64,000 nucleotides of DNA from Oscillospiraceae bacterium. GTDB taxonomy: Bacteria; Bacillota; Clostridia; Oscillospirales; CAG-382. A model generated the notes under the pieces. It had not been told where the DNA came from. It saw only the letters and a list, made by a program, of their open reading frames with translations, and ran no database searches. The stretch spans positions 19,996 to 83,995 of the forward strand of contig SVRW01000003.1 of assembly GCA_015064625.1 (NCBI GenBank), given 5' to 3'. Below, one piece after another: positions 29,213 through 38,749 of the stretch. Positions within the stretch are counted from its first letter, which is position 1, and the number at the start of each line of letters is the position of its first letter. The position numbers and the translations under genes are program-made.

Positions 29213-29316
29213 GTAATAATTAGTTCGTGTCTGAGGCATCGCCGCGTCACTGTGAATGCAGAAGCGGCGGTGTCTGTCAGTTATAAGCTAAGGATAAAAA
29301 CGTAAAGGAACAAAAT

Positions 29317-30888
29317 ATGAAAAAGCGAATAATTTCTTTTTTACTTATGGCTTTGATGCTTATTTCCGCTGTTGGATGTTCTGAAGGTTCGCAAAGTTCT
29401 AACGGAGATAATGGTGAAATATCCATTGATATAAATGATTATATTAACGAAGATGGAACTATAACTGTTCCTGATTTTAAAAATATGTCTCTCGGACAGG
29501 CTCAGTCTGTCATTGAAAAGCTTGGACTTAAGTGTAAATTCACTGTGGAATATGACAAGACGGAATCTTTTGAAGTCGGCTGTGTTATGAAAACAGACTA
29601 TAAGCCTGGGGATAAGGTTGAAAAGGGAACTCAGATATTCCTTACCATTCGTAAAGATGGGATTTTTATTGACCCTGACAAGCCTTATACAGATCCTCTT
29701 GTTGAATCAAGAGGCAACCTTGAAGAAGGCGCAAACAGTGACTACAAGCCTCTTAATTACGAAATAATGAAAGCTGTATGGATATCTCAGTATGACCTTG
29801 CAGGCGTTCTGGCTGACGGCTTGCAGCGTCAGGAAGAATCCTTGCGCGAAATTTTCGGAAATCTTTGTACAAGGCTTGCAGAGGACGGATTTAATACGGT
29901 TATAGTTCAGGTTCGTCCATATGGTGACAGCTTTTATCCATCAGCATACTACCCATGGTCTGATGTTGCGTTGGGAGGATACGGTCTTTACGGCTCATAC
30001 GATCCTCTGAAGGTTATGATAGAGGAAGCGCACAAGGCTGACTTGAGTTTTCAGGCTTGGATAAATCCAATGAGAGCTTATTCCAACGAAAAGACCTTTG
30101 AAATAATCAACGTTAACTATAAGCTCCGCCAATGGTACGATAACCCTGCGAAATATCCAAATTATGTTTATAGGCATAAGGACTTTTTTTACCTTAATGT
30201 ATCTTATAAAGAAGTTCGTCAGCTTATCATAGATGGGGCGGCAGAGATAGTCCGCTATTATGACGTTGACGGGGTTCATATGGATGACTATTTTTATCCA
30301 TCTGGAATTCCTGATGAATTTGACAATGCAATGTTTAAAAAATCGGGATTTCAAAACAGAAATTTGTTTAGAAAGGATAATATCAATAAGCTTGTAAAAG
30401 GGCTTTATTCTGCAGTCAAGAAGGAAAACGAAAACGTTCTTTTTGGTATCTCTCCTGCAGGAAATATCAGTAACGTGAGAAATTCCTGCTGCCTTGATAT
30501 TGATACGATTCTTTCAAATAAAGGATACGTTGACTACATTATGCCTCAGATTTATTGGGGCTTTAAGCATGCAACACAACCGTACAAGCAGTGCTTGGAG
30601 AACTGGCAGAATCTTGTTAAAGAGCCAAGTATTAAATTTATCGTTGGCTTGACCGCAAGCAACATTGCTGCCCCACACGATGAATTTTTGACCAGTAAGA
30701 GCGTTTTTAAAAGATATCTGCTCCATGCAAAAACAACGGATAAATTTGATGGTATATGTATATTTTCCGTAAAAACGTTGTATAACGTATCAACGGCAGA
30801 AATGACCTCCAACGAAAACGTTCAAAAGGAGATGAAAAACTTCTTGCCTTCGTTCAAGGGTATTAAAAACAAGAAGATAAAGTATTGA
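29317..30888 (+). CDS. lipoprotein with PASTA + GHL10 domain, paralogue 2
   Basis: lipobox AVGC; same motifs and colinear with paralogue 1. Confidence 0.85.
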   Translation: MKKRIISFLLMALMLISAVGCSEGSQSSNGDNGEISIDINDYINEDGTITVPDFKNMSLGQAQSVIEKLGLKCKFTVEYDKTESFEVGCVMKTDYKPGDKVEKGTQIFLTIRKDGIFIDPDKPYTDPLVESRGNLEEGANSDYKPLNYEIMKAVWISQYDLAGVLADGLQRQEESLREIFGNLCTRLAEDGFNTVIVQVRPYGDSFYPSAYYPWSDVALGGYGLYGSYDPLKVMIEEAHKADLSFQAWINPMRAYSNEKTFEIINVNYKLRQWYDNPAKYPNYVYRHKDFFYLNVSYKEVRQLIIDGAAEIVRYYDVDGVHMDDYFYPSGIPDEFDNAMFKKSGFQNRNLFRKDNINKLVKGLYSAVKKENENVLFGISPAGNISNVRNSCCLDIDTILSNKGYVDYIMPQIYWGFKHATQPYKQCLENWQNLVKEPSIKFIVGLTASNIAAPHDEFLTSKSVFKRYLLHAKTTDKFDGICIFSVKTLYNVSTAEMTSNENVQKEMKNFLPSFKGIKNKKIKY

Positions 30889-30889
30889 T

Positions 30890-31093
30890 ATGAGAAGACT
30901 TATAGGTAAAGCAATAATGGATATTGGCGAAGAAGCCACAATAATATGGCCTGACGGAAAGCGGTTAGAGGCGGAATACGTTGATACCTTCGGTTATGAC
31001 CATATTCTTAAAGCAAAGGAAGACGGTAGAGAAATAAGGCTTACAAACCGTTATATAGCCCGCATGGGAATATTGGTAGTGAAGAAAAAATAA
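30890..31093 (+). CDS. small hypothetical protein
   Basis: 67-aa ORF starting 1 nt after the upstream stop. Confidence 0.5.
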   Translation: MRRLIGKAIMDIGEEATIIWPDGKRLEAEYVDTFGYDHILKAKEDGREIRLTNRYIARMGILVVKKK

Positions 31094-31164
31094 AGGCGTA
31101 TGCCGTCGGTTATGGAAAATGAACAGATCCGACTGCAACCTTGTGAAAACAGAAAGGAAATAAA

Positions 31165-31980
31165 ATGGATTTTTTAAAGAATTTACTTAACTCTTTTTCA
31201 AGCTTCGCAGTTGACCTTATACTGAAGCTTGTACTTGCGGGCATCGTTCTTGTAGTAGGAATAAAGCTTTCTAAATTTTTCGTTAAGCTTTTGTCAAAAA
31301 GCCGTGGTATGCAGAAAATAGACGTAACTGCAAGGGGATTTATTACAACGACTATTAAGTTTGCATTAAATGCAGTTGTGATTTTTTCTGCAGTTGCAAT
31401 TTTGGGAGTACCTACTGCAAGTATAATTGCTCTTATTGGTTCTTGCGGCGTTGCTATAGGTCTTGCGCTTCAGGGAAGCCTTTCAAACTTTGCAGGCGGT
31501 CTTATGCTTCTTATATTCAAGCCCTTCGACGTAGATGATTATATAACAACTCCTGATGCATCGGGTACTGTAAAAAGCATAGGAATTTTTTATACAACAC
31601 TCAGCACACCCGATAACGTTAAGGTCGTTATTCCAAATAGCGTTGTTTCGGGAAGTGTTATTTCCAATACATCCGCTTACGAAACACGAAGACTCAGCTT
31701 TGCTTTCACAGTAGCTCACACATCCGACGTGGATGAGGTAAAGGCTATTATGCTTTCGGTTATTGATTCTTGCAATAAGATACTTGCCATACCTGAACCT
31801 TCTGCGGTTGTAAGTGCCTGCAAGGATAACGGTGTTGAAATAACTGCTCGTTGCTGGGTTAAATCTTCAGATTATTGGGATGTAAACTATTACATAAACG
31901 AAACAATAAAGGAAAAATTTATTGAAAAAGGCGTAAGTATTCCCGCAAATAAGCTGGATGTAAACATAATAAACAAATAA
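31165..31980 (+). CDS. mscS: small-conductance mechanosensitive channel
   Basis: GVAIGLALQGSLSNFAGG, KPF, IGIFYT and IPNS. Confidence 0.93.
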   Translation: MDFLKNLLNSFSSFAVDLILKLVLAGIVLVVGIKLSKFFVKLLSKSRGMQKIDVTARGFITTTIKFALNAVVIFSAVAILGVPTASIIALIGSCGVAIGLALQGSLSNFAGGLMLLIFKPFDVDDYITTPDASGTVKSIGIFYTTLSTPDNVKVVIPNSVVSGSVISNTSAYETRRLSFAFTVAHTSDVDEVKAIMLSVIDSCNKILAIPEPSAVVSACKDNGVEITARCWVKSSDYWDVNYYINETIKEKFIEKGVSIPANKLDVNIINK

Positions 31981-32078
31981 ATATAATCGAATATTTTCTC
32001 CCCCTGTGGCAATAATATAAATGAGCCGAAAGGCGTATGATTTTAATATATATTTTGTCTTTGAGGGGGAGATTTTTT

Positions 32079-32375
32079 ATGGATTATTTAAACACTAAAA
32101 AAAATGATTCGAAAAATAAAAAAAACCAGAATTCTGATGAACTCGGAAAAATCTATGGTATTACAAGGACGGGAAAATATTATTTTCCGGGAAAAATATC
32201 ATCGGGTTGCTTTGATGGCAATGGACTTGTTTTCGACCGTGAGCAAAACAGGAAAGAAGACCCCGAGGAGCTTTATGAAAATTCTTTGGAGAGGGAATAT
32301 GACCCCAATGGAATGTATACCGGCAGACCTGAAATTGACGGGGAAGTGCCAGTGCAGGATGCAGACGATTTGTAA
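32079..32375 (+). CDS. small hypothetical protein ending DPNGMYTG..PVQDADDL
   Basis: RBS GAGGGGG before ATG 32079; C-terminal motif recalled from clostridial hypothetical proteins. Confidence 0.6.
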   Translation: MDYLNTKKNDSKNKKNQNSDELGKIYGITRTGKYYFPGKISSGCFDGNGLVFDREQNRKEDPEELYENSLEREYDPNGMYTGRPEIDGEVPVQDADDL

Positions 32376-32377
32376 TT

Positions 32378-32520
32378 GCAAAACTGCGTTTTGCGGTGGA
32401 GTACGGAAACAAAGTTTCCGTGTGAAGTTTGTCTTCGACAAGTGAAGTTCGCTTTCAGCGAGTGAAGTATTTTGCTCCGCAAAAAGTAAATGAAATTTTT
32501 CTCACGCTGGTCGAAAAATA
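32378..32520. repeat. five-hairpin array with GTGAAGT linkers (copy 2) plus the shared box in inverted orientation
   Basis: five short palindromes joined by GTGGAGT/GTGAAGT, then GAAATTTTTCTCAC..TCGAAAAAT. Confidence 0.85.
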
Positions 32521-32755
32521 AATTGTTATATTGTTCAGACGTGGGATTGTAAAATGCAATATTTTGAAGTTTAAACTTGGAATTTTATTTTTTTAATTCC
32601 GCTTTCCGAATTGAAAAGATGTTTTTTTTGAATTTGTTTTATTTATTTTAAAAAAATGTTATTTTTTATGAAAAAGACTTGTATTTTTCCTTTAAATGGT
32701 ATAGAATATCTTACGGCAAAAAAATAACAATAATATAAATTCGGAGGAATTTAAA

Positions 32756-33802
32756 ATGTCAGTAAAAGTTGCAATTAACGGTTTTGGCCGTATCGGTCGT
32801 CTCGCATTCAGACAGATGTTCGGTGCAGAGGGTTATGAAGTAGTTGCTATCAACGACCTCACTTCTCCCAAAATGCTCGCTCACCTTCTCAAGTATGATA
32901 CAGCTCAGGGCAAATATGCTCTCGCAGACACAGTATCCTACACAGAAAACCTTGACGCAGACGGCAAAGTTTGTGGCGGTTCTATCACTGTTGCAGGCAA
33001 AGAAATTAAAATTTATGCAGAAGCAAAAGCTGCTAACCTTCCTTGGGGAGCTATCGGCGTAGACGTAGTTCTCGAATGCACAGGCTTCTACACAAGCAAA
33101 GCAAAAGCAGCTGCTCATATCGAAGCAGGCGCAAAGAAAGTAGTTATTTCTGCTCCCGCAGGTAACGATCTTCCTACTATCGTTTTCGGCGTTAACGAAA
33201 ACACACTCAAAGCAGAAGACAACATTATCTCTGCTGCATCCTGCACAACAAACTGCCTCGCTCCTATGGCAAAGGCTCTCAATGATTATGCTCCTATCCA
33301 GAGCGGTATCATGTCCACAATTCATGCTTACACAGGCGACCAGATGATCCTCGACGGTCCTCACAGAAAAGGCGACCTCAGAAGAGCAAGAGCAGGCGCT
33401 GCTAACATCGTTCCTAACTCCACAGGCGCTGCAAAAGCTATCGGTCTCGTTATCCCTGAACTCAATGGCAAACTTATCGGTTCTGCACAGAGAGTTCCTA
33501 CACCCACAGGCTCCACAACAATTCTTGTTGCTGTAGTTAAGGGCAAGGACGTTACAAAAGAAGGCATCAACGCAGCTATGAAAGCAGCTAAGAGCGCATC
33601 CTTCGATTACAACGAAGACGAAATCGTTTCCTCCGACATCATCGGTAGCACCTACGGTTCTATCTTCGATGCTACACAGACAATGGTAGCTAAAATCGAC
33701 GATGATACCTATCAGGTACAGGTTGTTTCTTGGTACGACAACGAAAACTCCTACACAAGCCAGATGGTAAGAACTATCAAATATTTTGCAGAACTTGCAT
33801 AA
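32756..33802 (+). CDS. gap: glyceraldehyde-3-phosphate dehydrogenase type I
   Basis: [16 protein letters not shown] and SWYDNE; strong codon bias. Confidence 0.98.
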   Translation: MSVKVAINGFGRIGRLAFRQMFGAEGYEVVAINDLTSPKMLAHLLKYDTAQGKYALADTVSYTENLDADGKVCGGSITVAGKEIKIYAEAKAANLPWGAIGVDVVLECTGFYTSKAKAAAHIEAGAKKVVISAPAGNDLPTIVFGVNENTLKAEDNIISAASCTTNCLAPMAKALNDYAPIQSGIMSTIHAYTGDQMILDGPHRKGDLRRARAGAANIVPNSTGAAKAIGLVIPELNGKLIGSAQRVPTPTGSTTILVAVVKGKDVTKEGINAAMKAAKSASFDYNEDEIVSSDIIGSTYGSIFDATQTMVAKIDDDTYQVQVVSWYDNENSYTSQMVRTIKYFAELA

Positions 33803-33825
33803 TAAAATAGTTTAATAACGTGTAT

Positions 33826-33858
33826 TTCGGGCGCAGTTTTCTGCGCCCGATTTTTTTC
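33826..33858 (+). terminator. gap terminator
   Basis: TCGGGCGCAG-TTTT-CTGCGCCCGA + T-tract. Confidence 0.9.
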
Positions 33859-33901
33859 GACTGTTTATTTTGTAAATAAATGTAATTTAACTGAAATCAC
33901 C

Positions 33902-33930
33902 TTGACAGCGAGAAAACAATATTGTATAAT
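33902..33930 (+). promoter_or_regulatory. consensus sigmaA promoter
   Basis: TTGACA-N17-TATAAT. Confidence 0.8.
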
Positions 33931-34057
33931 TTTTCAAAGCGATATCAAAAGAGAGTCGAACAAGCCATGCCGAGAAAACCCTTTTTGGTCTGAATCACCT
34001 TTTTATCGCTCGAATTAAAAGTCCATTCAATACAAGAATATTCAGGGGATATATAAA

Positions 34058-35140
34058 ATGAATTTTAAAACAGAGACGGCGAAAAAAATATTGTTCGTTG
34101 GCGTTGTGTTCACAACCTTTGTGTTGTTCGTTATTGCTTGCGTATATGATGTTACCACAGATAACGAATATCTTTTCAACGAAGTTGTTGATGCCATGGG
34201 AGATGAGGAAAAAAGCGTGGAGGAATCTTCTGCCGAGGAGATTGTTTCAGAAGAACCTTCCGAAGAAGAATCATCTGAAGAAGCGTCCGAGGAATCGAAA
34301 AGCGATGAAAGCTTTATGGCAGGAGCGACGAAAGGATCTCTTGAAGGAGTTTACGTTAACTCTCCTCATTGTTTTGTTTATAACGCTACCGATAACGTAA
34401 TTCTTTACGAAAAGAACGCATATGACAGTTGTTACCCCGCCAGCGTAACGAAACTTCTTACCGCCGCTGTTGCTCTTGAATACGTACCAATTGAAACTGT
34501 TTTCAAGGTTGGCTCTGAAATAAATATGGTGGGATATAATTCAAGTATGGCATATATAAGCGAAGGACAAAGCTTTACTTTGAAGGATTTGCTTTATGCC
34601 TTGCTGTTGCCCTCTGGTAACGACGCTGCACATACAATAGCCGTCGGAACGTCCCGATATCTTTATGGCGATGGGATGACAAACGAAGAAGCCGTTGCAA
34701 AATTTATGGAGCTTTGTCATGAAAAGCTTGCGGAAATCGGTGCATATAATACTAACTTTTCAGGTCCCGACGGATATCATCACGATGACCATTATACAAC
34801 CGCTTACGATATGATGTTGATAAGCCTCTATGCAACGTCCTTTGAAGAAATTGTCACCGCTTGCGGAACGTATAAGTATTATTGTAAATCCGTGGAAGGG
34901 GATTCTATGGGATGGCTCAATTCCAATCCTCTTATGAAGGAGCACGGTCAGTATTATTGTCCCTTGGTAACGGGTCTTAAAACAGGTTCAACGGATGAAG
35001 CAGGCAAATGTCTTGCCATAACCGCAGAGAAAAACGGGAAAAAGCTTTATATTGTGATTCTTGGTGCGCCTAACGTTGACGTCAGAAATACGGATATGTT
35101 GGAGATAATTCATAGCGTTTTCGGTTATTGCCCTTCCTGA
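34058..35140 (+). CDS. D-alanyl-D-alanine carboxypeptidase (S11) with a Ser/Glu linker
   Basis: SVTK, SGN and KTG motifs; N-terminal TM. Confidence 0.92.
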   Translation: MNFKTETAKKILFVGVVFTTFVLFVIACVYDVTTDNEYLFNEVVDAMGDEEKSVEESSAEEIVSEEPSEEESSEEASEESKSDESFMAGATKGSLEGVYVNSPHCFVYNATDNVILYEKNAYDSCYPASVTKLLTAAVALEYVPIETVFKVGSEINMVGYNSSMAYISEGQSFTLKDLLYALLLPSGNDAAHTIAVGTSRYLYGDGMTNEEAVAKFMELCHEKLAEIGAYNTNFSGPDGYHHDDHYTTAYDMMLISLYATSFEEIVTACGTYKYYCKSVEGDSMGWLNSNPLMKEHGQYYCPLVTGLKTGSTDEAGKCLAITAEKNGKKLYIVILGAPNVDVRNTDMLEIIHSVFGYCPS

Positions 35141-35153
35141 GAGGTGTTTTGTT

Positions 35154-35933
35154 TTGAAAATAACTGTTTTAACTGAAAATTATGCGAAAAGTAAAGGGAT
35201 TTTGGCAGAACACGGTCTTTCTCTTTATGTAGAAACGGAAAATCAAAAAATCCTTTTTGATATGGGACAAAGTGACGTTTTTCTGAAAAATGCAGAAAAA
35301 TTAGGCGTAGACGTGGGGAACGTGGATTTTGCCGTTCTTTCCCATGGGCATTATGACCATGGGGGAGGAGCATTTACATTTCTTGAGAAAAACGAAAAAG
35401 CTCCGTTGTACGTAAGTGAAAACGCTTTCGGGAATTTTTTCTCAAAGAATGGGTATATCGGACTTGATAAAAAATTGAGTCTTGAAAAAAGGATTGTCCT
35501 TCTGAATAAAGAAACGGAGATTTTCAAAAACGTTTTTCTTGTTCAGGGAAACGCCTTTGAAATGAAGGAAGAAAATTTCTCGAAGGGTCTTAAAAAAGAA
35601 ATCGACTTTGGAATGATAACGGACGATTTTCTTCATGAACAATATCTTCTGATAAACGAAAAGGGAAAGAAAATTCTTATAAGCGGGTGTTCCCATAGAG
35701 GAATACTTAACATAATGGAGCATTTTAACCCTGACGTTTTTGTTGGCGGTTTACATCTTTCTTCCCTTGGATACGATTCCAAAAAACTGAACTATATAGC
35801 AGAAAAGCTTTCTCGGTACAATACTGAATATTATACTTGCCATTGCACAGGAATAGAGCAGTACGGTGCGTTGAAACAAATTCTGAAAGACCGTATACAG
35901 TATATAAATTGCGGACAAAGCTTTGAAATATAA
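35154..35933 (+). CDS. MBL-fold metallo-hydrolase
   Basis: EHGLS, SHGHYDH, GCSH, GGLH and CHCTG. Confidence 0.9.
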   Translation: MKITVLTENYAKSKGILAEHGLSLYVETENQKILFDMGQSDVFLKNAEKLGVDVGNVDFAVLSHGHYDHGGGAFTFLEKNEKAPLYVSENAFGNFFSKNGYIGLDKKLSLEKRIVLLNKETEIFKNVFLVQGNAFEMKEENFSKGLKKEIDFGMITDDFLHEQYLLINEKGKKILISGCSHRGILNIMEHFNPDVFVGGLHLSSLGYDSKKLNYIAEKLSRYNTEYYTCHCTGIEQYGALKQILKDRIQYINCGQSFEI

Positions 35934-36004
35934 AAAACAAGCGTAATGTCGTGAAAAGACTTGCGCTTGTTTTTTATATTTGATAATAAATTTACTTTTA
36001 AGAC

Positions 36005-36060
36005 TTGACAAATGAGTAAATATATGCTACTATAGTTAAGCGCTTTAGCGAACTAAATTA
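36005..36060 (+). promoter_or_regulatory. sigmaA promoter with a downstream palindromic operator (HisR/YerC-like)
   Basis: TTGACA-N17-TACTAT; CTTTAG-CGAA-CTAAA at 36043-36057. Confidence 0.55.
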
Positions 36061-36089
36061 TTAAATCGAAAATCGAAAGGAAAAAAGAA

Positions 36090-36983
36090 ATGAAAAAGAC
36101 ATTGGCATTACTTCTCGCGCTTATGATGTGTCTCGTTGCATTTACCGCTTGTGGCGGAGATGACGAATCAAGCACAGCATCCACAGAATCCAAAGCAGAC
36201 TCCACATCTACCGATGCTTCTGCAGAATCCAAAGCGGATATCGCAGATGCAGGTTGGACTTACATCGAAAACAACGGCAAAATAGTTGTTGGTCTTGATG
36301 ATACCTTTGCTCCTATGGGCTTCAGAGACGAAGCAAACAACCTTGTTGGCTTTGATATCGACCTTGCAAACGCAGTTGGCGAAGTTCTCGGCGTTTCCGT
36401 TGAATTCAAACCTATCGATTGGAACGCAAAAGAAATGGAGCTTTCTGAGAAAAAAATCGACTGTATCTGGAACGGTATGTCCGCTACTCCTGCAAGACAG
36501 GAAAGCATGGCTCTCACAAACAAATACCTTAACAACAGAATCGTTATTATGACTCTCAATGGTGACGTTAAAGTTGCTTCCGCTGCTGACCTTGCAAATT
36601 ATAAAATTGGTACACAGACTGATTCTGCAGCTCTTGAAGTTATCGAAGCAAACGAAGCATACGCTTCTTACAAAGATAACATCACAACTTATCCTACTTA
36701 CGATGAAGCTATCCTTGATATGGAAACAGGCAGAATTGACTGTATCGTAGTTGACGAAGTTCTTGGTGAATACAAAAACTCCAAGAGAGAGACAAAGCTT
36801 GTTCTTTGCGAATACGACTTCGGCGACGATTTCTATGCAATCGGTTGCAGAAAAGAAGATACAGACGTTGCAGCTAAAATTAACGAAGCTATTGCTACAT
36901 TGATTGAAAATGGCAAAGCGGCTGAAATCAGCAATAAATGGTTTGGTAAAGATATCGTTATCAACCAGGGCTACGATAAATAA
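36090..36983 (+). CDS. polar amino-acid ABC transporter substrate-binding lipoprotein
   Basis: lipobox FTAC, DDTFAPMGF, GFDIDLA and IDCIWNG. Confidence 0.93.
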   Translation: MKKTLALLLALMMCLVAFTACGGDDESSTASTESKADSTSTDASAESKADIADAGWTYIENNGKIVVGLDDTFAPMGFRDEANNLVGFDIDLANAVGEVLGVSVEFKPIDWNAKEMELSEKKIDCIWNGMSATPARQESMALTNKYLNNRIVIMTLNGDVKVASAADLANYKIGTQTDSAALEVIEANEAYASYKDNITTYPTYDEAILDMETGRIDCIVVDEVLGEYKNSKRETKLVLCEYDFGDDFYAIGCRKEDTDVAAKINEAIATLIENGKAAEISNKWFGKDIVINQGYDK

Positions 36984-37126
36984 TAAGCGTTTATAAACCG
37001 TAAAACATTGACGGAGCGGGGGAAATTCCCGCTCCGCCAATCGCATAATTGTATGCAGAAAAGAGCTTTGAAAATTTTTTTAACGTTCTTTTGTGCAAAC
37101 AACTTTATTAAAAGCGGGAGGATGTT

Positions 37127-37855
37127 ATGGCTGAAACTTGGGAATATTTTTTAAAAATACTGCCTGCCCTTCATGATGGCCTTAAAGTATCTCTGAAGGT
37201 CTTTTTCTTGACGATAATTTTTGCAATTCCCCTTGGATTGCCTCTGGCGTTGGGAAGCATAAGTAAAATACCGCCTATAAGGTGGATCTGTAAAACGTAT
37301 ATACTTATATTCAGAGGAACGCCTCTGATGCTTCAGCTTTTCTTTTTCTATTTCTTTCTTCCGAGAATTTTCCGCGATACGCTTAATCAGCTTTCACCTG
37401 AAATGAAAGAGTTTGTATTTAAGTATATCCTTGATGCTTTGCCAACTGCTATAATAACTTTTGTTCTTAATTATGCGGCATACTTTGCGGAAATATACAG
37501 AGGCGGCATCGAAAGCATAGATAAGGGTCAGCACGAAGCGGCTCAGTCTCTTGGAATTTCTAAAATAAGAACTATGTTCGGCATAATCATTCCACAGACA
37601 GTTAAAAGAGTTTTACCTTCAGTTGCAAACGAAACTATTACTTTGGTAAAGGATACTTCTTTGGTATACGTTATTGGCGTAGGTGAGCTTATGAAAGCTG
37701 CTAAGGGCGCAGTTAACCGTGATCAGAAGCTTTTGGCGTACGCTGTTGCAGCGGGAATTTATTTGCTTCTGACTTTCTTGCTTACTTTGCTTTTCAAGCA
37801 TCTTGAAAAAAGGTTTTCAAAATCTGAAGAACAGGGAGGGCGTAAACGTGGATAA
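37127..37855 (+). CDS. polar amino-acid ABC transporter permease
   Basis: [22 protein letters not shown] and KDTSL. Confidence 0.95.
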   Translation: MAETWEYFLKILPALHDGLKVSLKVFFLTIIFAIPLGLPLALGSISKIPPIRWICKTYILIFRGTPLMLQLFFFYFFLPRIFRDTLNQLSPEMKEFVFKYILDALPTAIITFVLNYAAYFAEIYRGGIESIDKGQHEAAQSLGISKIRTMFGIIIPQTVKRVLPSVANETITLVKDTSLVYVIGVGELMKAAKGAVNRDQKLLAYAVAAGIYLLLTFLLTLLFKHLEKRFSKSEEQGGRKRG

Positions 37856-38636
37856 TGTAACTAAAACAAATACCCCTATTCTCAGAATGAAAGATATACA
37901 TAAATCTTATAATAATTTTCAGGCAGTAAACGGAGTTAACCTTGAAGTATATAAAGGGGAAACGGTTGCTATTATCGGGCCATCGGGATCGGGAAAAAGC
38001 ACGTTGCTTCGTTGCATAAACCGACTTGAACGGATTCAAAAGGGCGAAATCGTTATTGGCGGTGAGGTGCTTTGCTCCACTAACGAAAACTGTAAAGTTG
38101 TTTATGTTCCCGAAAGACAATGCAAAAAAATATGTCAGAAAACAGGTATGATATTTCAGCATTTCAACCTTTTTCCACATATGACTTGCCTTAAGAATAT
38201 TTGTTACGCGCCTGTCCATGTTGGAAAAGTTCCTAAAACAGTTGCTAAAGAAAAAGCTCGCGAGCTTCTTTCTGCAGTGGGTCTTTCCGATAAGGAAAAA
38301 TCATACCCGGGTCAGCTTTCAGGCGGTCAGAAACAGCGTGTTGCAATAGCGAGGGGACTCGCAATGGAGCCTGAGATAATGCTTTTTGACGAACCCACAT
38401 CTGCTCTCGACCCTGAAATAACGGGTGAGGTCCTTTCCGTAATGCGTGACCTTGCAAAAAGTCACGCTACAATGATTGTTGTAACTCATGAAATGGGCTT
38501 TGCAAAAGAGGTTGCAGACAGAGTTATATTTATGAATGAAGGAACAATAGTAGAAGAAGGAACTCCCAAGGAAATTTTCGAAAATCCGAAGACGGAACGT
38601 CTGAAAGCGTTTTTGAATTCTACTTTGAGAATATGA
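37848..38636 (+). CDS. polar amino-acid ABC transporter ATP-binding protein
   Basis: [17 protein letters not shown] and [10 protein letters not shown]; GTG after GGAGG. Confidence 0.95.
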   Translation: MDNVTKTNTPILRMKDIHKSYNNFQAVNGVNLEVYKGETVAIIGPSGSGKSTLLRCINRLERIQKGEIVIGGEVLCSTNENCKVVYVPERQCKKICQKTGMIFQHFNLFPHMTCLKNICYAPVHVGKVPKTVAKEKARELLSAVGLSDKEKSYPGQLSGGQKQRVAIARGLAMEPEIMLFDEPTSALDPEITGEVLSVMRDLAKSHATMIVVTHEMGFAKEVADRVIFMNEGTIVEEGTPKEIFENPKTERLKAFLNSTLRI

Positions 38637-38749
38637 TATAAAAGTCGGAATCCGTGTTTTTTCGGATTCCGATGTTTCATTGAAAAGATTTTTACTACAA
38701 TACCTAAAATATAATTTTGTAACCTTTATGTATAACAAGGAGATTTTAA

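Noticed and set aside
32935-32985. Short insertion ([11 protein letters not shown]) in GAPDH
   Set aside because: It falls in a variable surface loop and the catalytic motifs are intact
36168-37046. Long antisense ORFs (also 51976-52899, 32759-33364, 17612-18307 and 44885-45559)
   Set aside because: Shadow frames of highly codon-biased genes, with no RBS or protein motifs
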